DNA of 64,000 nt from Aureliella sp. (GTDB lineage: Bacteria > Planctomycetota > Planctomycetia > Pirellulales > Pirellulaceae): contig OY829846.1 of NCBI GenBank assembly GCA_963691875.1, forward strand, positions 4,064,001-4,128,000, written 5' to 3'. Below, one piece after another: positions 57,749-64,000 of this stretch. Within the stretch, counting starts at the first letter, position 1, and the number at the start of each line of letters is the position of its first letter. Both the position numbers and the translations under genes were made by a program. The notes beneath the pieces are model-generated. The model was given only the letters and a program-made list of their open reading frames with translations. It had not been told where the DNA came from and searched no databases.

Positions 57749-59307
57749 TACAAATCCAGTGACTGCTCTTCGAGGCCTTCGAATGGATCTTGCTGTGATC
57801 CTGAGCGACCGCTCTTTGCTCCCGGTGGGGAAGCGCGACTTGGGTCGAGCAGAGAAGCGTTACCGATGAGTTGCGACTGGGAGTCGAGAAGGAAGTTGCC
57901 GTCAGTCGCCACGGCTTCTTCGGCTTCCAAGCCTGCCGAAACAGCCGCGTGAGACTGAGTGAAGGCAGCTACGCTAATTCTTCGGACTTCAAATTTTCCT
58001 GGTTCCACTTCCACGTAGATGACGCTGTTGTCGCCTACCGTCAGCACGGCGTTTCGCGGCACCAGAATATGTTGCTGCTCGGGAAGTGGCGTGGGGGAAA
58101 AACCGAGTTCTGCTGTAGAAACCAATTCCATGTCGCACACTGGGCAGGCCCCAGGTTCGTCTCGGATGACTTGCGGATGCATCGGGCTTATGAATTTTCC
58201 AGCTAGTTCCGGATCGTAGATCGTGGGTTGGGGCAGGGCTGGGACGGCAATCCGCGCTTTCGCATAGTCTCCGGGCTTCAAGGTTTCGTTGGGGTTGGCC
58301 AGTTCCACTCGGACGCGAACCGTTCGAGTCTTTTTGTCGACGGTGGGATCGATGAATGCGACTCGACCAACGAATAGTTTTTCGGGATCGGAGGAAATCT
58401 GTGCAGTCACTCGCTGCCCAAATCGAACAACCGAGGCGTCATCAGGAAACAGATCAAGCATTAGCCAGACGGTCGAAAGGTCGGCCACGCGGTATAGAGG
58501 CTGGCCTGCTTGAACGTAGTCACCCTCGGCTACCAGCTTTTCGATGACTCGCCCGCCTTGCGGGGACTCGATCCGCACGCGCGAAGAGGGCTTTCGTCGC
58601 TCCCCGAGTGCAACGATTTGAGAGGAACTCATCCCGAGCTCAACCAGTCGTTCCGAGGTTAGGGCAAGGATTCCTTGGCGATCAACTATGCCAGACGTTG
58701 CTTGACCGAGGTTTGCCAAGTATTCGGTTTGAGCAGTGAAGAGTTCTGGACTGTAAAGGATTGCAAGGTTGTCTCCATGCTTCACCGGTATGCCTACATA
58801 GTCGGCAAACAGTTTTTCCAGTCGTCCGTCGGTGTAGGCCGCGATCGTGGAAAGTTGGCTTTGGTCGTATTCGATGGAACCAATAGTGCGGATGCTCCGC
58901 TTGGCCTGAGCTAACTTGGCCTTGGCAGTGCGGATCCCGACGATTCTTCGGATTGCCGGTTCAATTTCAAAGGAAACGCCGTCGCTCCCTTGTTGAGTCG
59001 TGGGTTCCAACTTCATCGCACAGACGGGGCATCGGCCCGGTTTTGAACTCGGTGGAACGCACATCATCGGACAGACGTAGCGGGTTGCTGTAGATGCAGA
59101 GGATGGAGCCGTCGTGTTCGCGTCGTTGCTCTTGATCCAGCCTTGACGCTGGGCGAAACCAAGTAGCCATATGGCTGCAGCGACGGTTAGGAGAACGATG
59201 GCCGACTTGGTCAAGCTGCGCAGCAGCCATGACCATCGTGAAAGCCAATTGCGAGGCGCCACTGAGTTAGAAGCGTGCTCGACTAGGGAAGGATTTTTTT
59301 TGCTCAT
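57748..59307 (-). CDS. cusB: CusB-like RND periplasmic adaptor with two heavy-metal-binding domains
   Basis: YVCPM...PGRCPVCAMKL, FISPMHPQVIRDEPGACPVCDMEL, YSPEL, VADLSTVW, GNFLLDSQ. Confidence 0.9.
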   Translation of the reverse strand: MSKKNPSLVEHASNSVAPRNWLSRWSWLLRSLTKSAIVLLTVAAAIWLLGFAQRQGWIKSNDANTTAPSSASTATRYVCPMMCVPPSSKPGRCPVCAMKLEPTTQQGSDGVSFEIEPAIRRIVGIRTAKAKLAQAKRSIRTIGSIEYDQSQLSTIAAYTDGRLEKLFADYVGIPVKHGDNLAILYSPELFTAQTEYLANLGQATSGIVDRQGILALTSERLVELGMSSSQIVALGERRKPSSRVRIESPQGGRVIEKLVAEGDYVQAGQPLYRVADLSTVWLMLDLFPDDASVVRFGQRVTAQISSDPEKLFVGRVAFIDPTVDKKTRTVRVRVELANPNETLKPGDYAKARIAVPALPQPTIYDPELAGKFISPMHPQVIRDEPGACPVCDMELVSTAELGFSPTPLPEQQHILVPRNAVLTVGDNSVIYVEVEPGKFEVRRISVAAFTQSHAAVSAGLEAEEAVATDGNFLLDSQSQLIGNASLLDPSRASPPGAKSGRSGSQQDPFEGLEEQSLDL

Positions 59308-59438
59308 GGAACACTGTCCAACGGATCATGAAAAAGACATCGTGGGACAAGAGGTCCCAAGGTCACAGGTCAATGATCGTGAAAGGTCGATGGAATGCGC
59401 AAGTACGAAGTGTCAGCGAATAAGTGAACTTCGATTAC

Positions 59439-59535
59439 CGAAAGTCTTGACGAATTACGCTCAGAGGATCGGCACTAGCCTCAGAGTCTGAGAGCCAACA
59501 CAAGCCGACGCCGAGCGCGGGCTGGGCGTTCAACG
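59439..59535. repeat. REP-like family A (59439-59463, -) and family C (59501-59535) copies
   Basis: CGAAAGTCTTGACGAATTACGC and CAAGCCGACGCC...GGCTGGGCGTTCAACG. Confidence 0.6.
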
Positions 59536-59558
59536 TGCGCAGCAGCGAACGCGATAGC

Positions 59559-60164
59559 TCAAAGCCGCCAGACGCAAAGAGATGCGTGCGGAGAAAGGTG
59601 CAGACGATCTGGCCGCTGCACCACAACGGGACTTTTTCGAGACGAGTCCGTTGGATCTACGGCGACCAGTCTTGTGATTTCATAGCCAATCAGTCTTTTG
59701 GCCGATTGCTGATGGGAATGGCGATTAGACGGATCATTAGAAAGAGGCGTGTCGGATCGAATACAGTTACAGCTGCTCTGAACCTCAGGAGTATCGCCGC
59801 TAAGGTCTGATGGCTCTCTGTTCGGGCTCACCTCTCTTGCGGCGTCTTCGTCGGCCGCTTCACTCGAACTGACACAACAACTCTTGGGCTTCGAGGCGGA
59901 ACGCTTTGTAGGTTTTTGTTTGCAACAGGGACAATCTGTTGCGTTCGTTGCGATTTGGCAGCAGCCACACCCGGGACATGATGAGCCCAGCTCAACATGC
60001 TCAACTTGATTTGGACTGGATGAGCAGGGATTCGCCGACAAACAGCCAGCGCAGGAGACCGCAACATGCTGGAAAACCAGCGTGACGATCAGGCAAGTTG
60101 TAAGGGCTTTTTGAGTTTTGTGCCTTAGATGCATTGCAGGCATCCGATCAAAGTTGATGAGCAT
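59559..60164 (-). CDS. Cys-rich small protein upstream of cusBA (start 60164, 60143 or 60134)
   Basis: N-terminal hydrophobic helix. 16 Cys in clusters (CAGC, CPGCGCC, CPCC, CC, CNC). C-terminal HASLCVWRL. Confidence 0.75.
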   Translation of the reverse strand: MLINFDRMPAMHLRHKTQKALTTCLIVTLVFQHVAVSCAGCLSANPCSSSPNQVEHVELGSSCPGCGCCQIATNATDCPCCKQKPTKRSASKPKSCCVSSSEAADEDAAREVSPNREPSDLSGDTPEVQSSCNCIRSDTPLSNDPSNRHSHQQSAKRLIGYEITRLVAVDPTDSSRKSPVVVQRPDRLHLSPHASLCVWRL

Positions 60165-60246
60165 TTCTGCAACTCATGTTACTCCTTGTTGGGTCTGCAG
60201 AGAACGCAGATTTTTCGCTTTTCACCCTGAATCGTTGGATAACAGG

Positions 60247-61905
60247 ATGAAGTACCAGCAACGCAACCGCACATGGCTCATTCTCCTCGCCGGAGCCGCA
60301 TCAGGCTGCGCCACCACATCGGGTGGTTTGCATCCAATAGTTCAGCCCAGTCGGCACAGTCACCTTCAGTTGGCAAGCTATTCGCAAGAGCTGAATGCAA
60401 GCGAGCAATCCGGTTTTCAGAGCTCCGCGATAGCTGGGGCTCGACCGTCTGGCATTATCGCAGCATCTGAGCCATTACTTTTCAGCTTGGAGTGCAATGC
60501 TCCATCACCTTCGGACCGCGAACCCGTTGTCCAAGATTTGGAAGCCACATCACCAGCCTTGATCGAGCCGTCGGCTAAAATCGCGACAGAGGAGGCTCCA
60601 CCCGAGATGCAACGGGTTGAACCCAGGCCTTTGCTGGAAATACCAAAGAGAGAGCTACCGGTAGCGACTCGAGTGATCCAAGAAAGTACCCCGGCTGAAC
60701 ACGTCACGGAAATCGACGTCGAGCAATACGTTGCTCAAGCAGTTGCTGTGAGTCCCGAGCTGATATCGATTCAGCATCGAATCGCGGCACTTCAGCAACG
60801 CGTCCCTCTGGCACGAAGTCTTCCTGATCCCCAGCTTCAGGAAACGTTCTGGCCCTTCAACGGAAATGCGTTGGAAACGGCGGGTGGACGTGCGGCAAGT
60901 CAACTCGGCTTCACTCAATCCGTTCCCTGGCCAGAGAAGTTGAGCCAGAAGGCTGCAATCGCATGTCGCGAAATTGAGATAGCGCGACAAGAGTATGCGA
61001 ATGCGAGGCTCCGTATTGCGAACGAAGTTCGACTTGCCTGCGTCGCAATCTGGCTGGCCGATGAGCAAGAAAATCTACTTGCCGAAACGGACACATTGTT
61101 GCGTGACGTTCAGGGGGTGGCAGAAGCAAAGTACCAATCTGGTTCTAAGCAAGGCAGTTTAAAAGATGTGACGCGTGCTAAGCTCGAATCCGATACGCTC
61201 GAGGTTCAGCGTCTGCAGATTCAAAAGCAACGTAGTGTCGCCGAGGCGAGACTGGCCTCTCTTCTTCCCGGGACATCTCTGGACGCTTCCGGGTTTTCGC
61301 TTCGGGGTCCTCCTGGGGCGACGCAGCAACGACTTGACGAGCTTTTGGGGCTAGCGATCGAGATGAACCCCATACTGCAACGGATGATGGCGGAAGTCGC
61401 ACGGGATCGTGAGAAGGCGAAGCTTGCTTGCTTGGCCAAGTATCCCGATCTTCAGCTCGGCGTGAACTGGTTGATCGTTAGCGACACCAATGCGCTGAGT
61501 CCTGTCGCGACAGGCAACGACAATTTCGGCTTCACTGTTGGCATGACTCTGCCAATCTGGCGCGACAAGATCCGTGCGGGTGTGGCGGAAGCAAACCTTC
61601 AAACCCAAGTTTCGGCCAATGCCTGGCAGAGCGAACGAGATCGCATCGCAGGACAGTTACAGCAGCGGCTAGCAGAAGCGGATTCGATACTCGAATATCG
61701 CGAAATACTGAAAGGCCGCATGAGTCCAAGAACAAGGACACTCTTGAAACTGACGCTTACCGACTACTCAGGCGGTCTTAGCGACTTTTCGTCTGTTATT
61801 GAGGCGTATCGCGAAGTCCTGACTCTCGAGTCGAAGCTTCTCAGTGTGGAGGCCTCGCTGTGGACCTCTCTCATTGAGATTCAGCGGCTAGTGGGATTGC
61901 CGTAG
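60247..61905 (+). CDS. TolC/CusC-family outer membrane factor (lipoprotein)
   Basis: Lipobox AASGC. SLPDPQL, TQSVPWPEKL, YPDLQLG, TLPIWRDK. Divergent from cusBA. Confidence 0.9.
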   Translation: MKYQQRNRTWLILLAGAASGCATTSGGLHPIVQPSRHSHLQLASYSQELNASEQSGFQSSAIAGARPSGIIAASEPLLFSLECNAPSPSDREPVVQDLEATSPALIEPSAKIATEEAPPEMQRVEPRPLLEIPKRELPVATRVIQESTPAEHVTEIDVEQYVAQAVAVSPELISIQHRIAALQQRVPLARSLPDPQLQETFWPFNGNALETAGGRAASQLGFTQSVPWPEKLSQKAAIACREIEIARQEYANARLRIANEVRLACVAIWLADEQENLLAETDTLLRDVQGVAEAKYQSGSKQGSLKDVTRAKLESDTLEVQRLQIQKQRSVAEARLASLLPGTSLDASGFSLRGPPGATQQRLDELLGLAIEMNPILQRMMAEVARDREKAKLACLAKYPDLQLGVNWLIVSDTNALSPVATGNDNFGFTVGMTLPIWRDKIRAGVAEANLQTQVSANAWQSERDRIAGQLQQRLAEADSILEYREILKGRMSPRTRTLLKLTLTDYSGGLSDFSSVIEAYREVLTLESKLLSVEASLWTSLIEIQRLVGLP

Positions 61906-61915
61906 CGTACAAGTA

Positions 61916-62374
61916 CTAGTGTTTGTGCTCGGTGCCTTCGGGTGGTTGCTCGACGACGCCCTCCACTTGTAGCACGATGTTGTTCTTGTCGTTTTCTTTT
62001 ACGACTGCGGTGAGCTCCGAAGTGCTGTAGGAACCGAATTTCGGATCAACCACTCCGAGCTTGGTGCCGCCGAACCCCTTCATGTTCTCACCAATGATCA
62101 TTTGCAATACAACGCACTTGTGTTCGCCAGCAACCGCGCCATCGCCTTCATCGAAAGTGGTGAGTGTGAAAGTGCCATCTTTGTTGATGTTTCCACGAGC
62201 GTTCAGTGAGTGCTTGGGAGAAAGGAATTCAACTACACCGACTTTGACTGGGCTTCCATTGGGGAACTGAACTCTACCCGATACCTCGTAGGTTCGAGGT
62301 TGATTGCTGCAACCGGAGAGTGTAGCAATGACCACGCAAACGATGGCCAATGTTCCCGAGGAAGAAGTTTGCAT
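61916..62374 (-). CDS. Carboxypeptidase-regulatory-like lipoprotein (DUF1559 partner)
   Basis: LSGC lipobox, VSGRVQF, DGTFTLTTF-GDGAVAGEHK, PKFG---TSEL. Confidence 0.88.
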   Translation of the reverse strand: MQTSSSGTLAIVCVVIATLSGCSNQPRTYEVSGRVQFPNGSPVKVGVVEFLSPKHSLNARGNINKDGTFTLTTFDEGDGAVAGEHKCVVLQMIIGENMKGFGGTKLGVVDPKFGSYSTSELTAVVKENDKNNIVLQVEGVVEQPPEGTEHKH

Positions 62375-62375
62375 T

Positions 62376-63395
62376 CTATTGTCCCAGGCTTGTGACTTGA
62401 TTGTCATGGCGATTGCAGAGGTTTCCGAGAGTGAAGGTGTCGATGTTCACCGAGAGAGTTCGAACGCTGCCGTCTGCCAAGGCAAATTGGCAAACGCCAC
62501 CGTGCCAGCTACCCCATGATACGAGTCCGTTTCCGTCGTCATTCAAGTTCGTGATGATCGGCACTCCAGGGCCTCCAATCCGCATTGAGTTGAAGACATT
62601 GTCGCCATTGTAGATAAATGCATCGGTGGGAGATTGACCGAGCATGTTCAATGGTACGTGCATCTCTCCTACAAGAAAGGTGTTGCTAAGTCCATCAGTA
62701 GCATCACGTTGTTTGATCTTGTCAACCCAATCAATTGGTTCTCCCGCTGGACCACACCTCGCACGGCTGGAGATGATAAGCCCGTTTCCGTTTCCACCGT
62801 AATAGAAATCGGTAGCCAGCCCCGTTGATCCCGAGGACATGTCGCCCTGGTTTCCGCCATAGTCGCCGACTGCTCCAGAGATGTTCCCAGAGGAACTGTT
62901 GGAACATGGGTAGGGGCACCCGCAGGGAGCGAAACACCACTGAGTATCGTTATTAACGGCTAGTCCGTCACCAACAGCGTCTGACATGGAACGACGAGAG
63001 GGACAGCAGAAAAAAGGAAAGGTTGTAGTGCGGACCTCTTCTGGATGATCTGCGTAAGATCGGCGGTAATCCCATCGGCCCTCGGCCGCAACTTGCTCGA
63101 GGTACGGCAGTATTCGGACAAGCCAAGTGATTTCTCGACCGCCACAGACATACTTGCTTTCGCCAGGGCGCGGTTGGTACCGACCCGGTGGATAGCATTT
63201 ATTACTTTCATGAAATAGCTCGGTTGCCAAGCAAATCTGTTTCAGATTGTTTTGGCACGACATGCGTCGAGCGGCTTCACGAGCGGCCTGGACAGCTGGG
63301 AGCAGCAAACCGACGAGGATTCCAATGATCGCAATCACTACCAAAAGCTCGACTAGGGTGAATGCAGGACGGGCTCTATTCATTTTCATTTGCAT
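62376..63395 (-). CDS. DUF1559 prepilin-type protein (H-X9-DG)
   Basis: AFTLVELLVVIAIIGILVGLLLPAVQAAREAARRMSCQNNLKQ, DGLSNTFLVGE, SWHGGVCQFALADGSVR. Start is 63395, 63389 or 63383. Confidence 0.95.
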   Translation of the reverse strand: MQMKMNRARPAFTLVELLVVIAIIGILVGLLLPAVQAAREAARRMSCQNNLKQICLATELFHESNKCYPPGRYQPRPGESKYVCGGREITWLVRILPYLEQVAAEGRWDYRRSYADHPEEVRTTTFPFFCCPSRRSMSDAVGDGLAVNNDTQWCFAPCGCPYPCSNSSSGNISGAVGDYGGNQGDMSSGSTGLATDFYYGGNGNGLIISSRARCGPAGEPIDWVDKIKQRDATDGLSNTFLVGEMHVPLNMLGQSPTDAFIYNGDNVFNSMRIGGPGVPIITNLNDDGNGLVSWGSWHGGVCQFALADGSVRTLSVNIDTFTLGNLCNRHDNQVTSLGQ

Positions 63396-63740
63396 ATTTT
63401 CCTGACATGACACCCGAGTACTACGGGACGAACTCCATTGTAGTTGGGTGAACGGGCTACGCTTTCGGCCGTTTAGGTGCGAAGTCGGTCTGATCCCTAC
63501 CTTTGGAATCCGAAGGGAAGGAGCACGAGGAAGTCGTGTGACCGACGTTCTGAGGGCGGATTTTTGTCTCTAGTTCCAGAAACGCATTTTTGCAAGGATT
63601 ATAGCCTCAGCTGGAGGTATTGCCTTAGAAAAAGAAAGTTAAGGCACCTTGTAAGCTCTATTGATACGGATTTCAAGATTCCTCTTCAGCCAGGATGGCT
63701 TTCCTTGAGTCGACGACCAGACAAACTCTCTATCGCCTTC

Positions 63741-64000
63741 ATGGTGGGCTTGTTTTCAGGCTATTGCCGCGAAGTTGTTACGTCGGTCACTTTGGCTGCT
63801 CGACGGTGGCAGAGCGATGATGTTGGAGCAATGGCGGCTGCTGTAGCCTACTATCTGGCTCTCTCCGTCTTCCCGATCCTGTTGTTACTAAGTAGCGGAG
63901 TTGGGCTCTTTCTCAAGTTTACGAACCTGGGGCATGATGCCGAATTGCAGATTCTGTCAATTGTCGCGGAGCACTGTTCTCCTACTCTGGAGCAGCAAGT
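63741..64000 (+). CDS. YihY/virulence factor BrkB family membrane protein, partial
   Basis: Own translation: ...RRWQSDDVGAMAAAVAYYLALSVFPILLLL..., open to the window end. Confidence 0.85.
   Translation, partial: MVGLFSGYCREVVTSVTLAARRWQSDDVGAMAAAVAYYLALSVFPILLLLSSGVGLFLKFTNLGHDAELQILSIVAEHCSPTLEQQ

Noticed and set aside
53350..61915. Cus locus as a mobile metal-resistance island
   Set aside because: No integrase, transposase, tRNA or flanking direct repeats were seen, and it carries the same REP families as the rest of the window.
63484..63546. Hammerhead ribozyme
   Set aside because: CTGAT follows the stem, but the CUGANGA and GAAA core is absent.

Overview
This window is chromosomal DNA from a planctomycete, probably Pirellulaceae-like. 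The assignment rests on the DUF1501/DUF1549/DUF1553, DUF1552/DUF1592, DUF1559, PVC-type heme-protein and 'LESLESR' extracellular-protein families. It holds about 43 CDS. I found no rRNA, tRNA, CRISPR array, transposase or integrase. Housekeeping genes (mrp/apbC, a hemD-hemE fusion, glyA, galM, mscS, a ThiF/MoeB enzyme, an HtrA protease, csrA with a consensus sigma-54 promoter) sit among planctomycete-specific exported cytochrome c modules. The window also has a four-gene ABC exporter, an ECF sigma/anti-sigma/PDZ operon and a Cu/Ag-type RND efflux locus. The most notable observations are: (1) an orphan protein that reads as a DprA-like SLOG domain fused to an AbiGi-like ADP-ribosyltransferase fold, preceded by a long, hairpin-rich noncoding region; (2) a Cys-rich ORF upstream of cusBA that resembles metal-responsive leader peptides, in a locus with no visible transcriptional regulator; (3) two REP-like palindromes translated in frame inside the N-terminus of a DUF1549/1553 protein; (4) a PVC-type dehydrogenase split into two secreted chains in reversed order; (5) a 1-nt frameshift in an Ig-repeat surface protein and a decayed HD-GYP fragment. 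All family assignments come from motif recognition by eye. No database searches were run.
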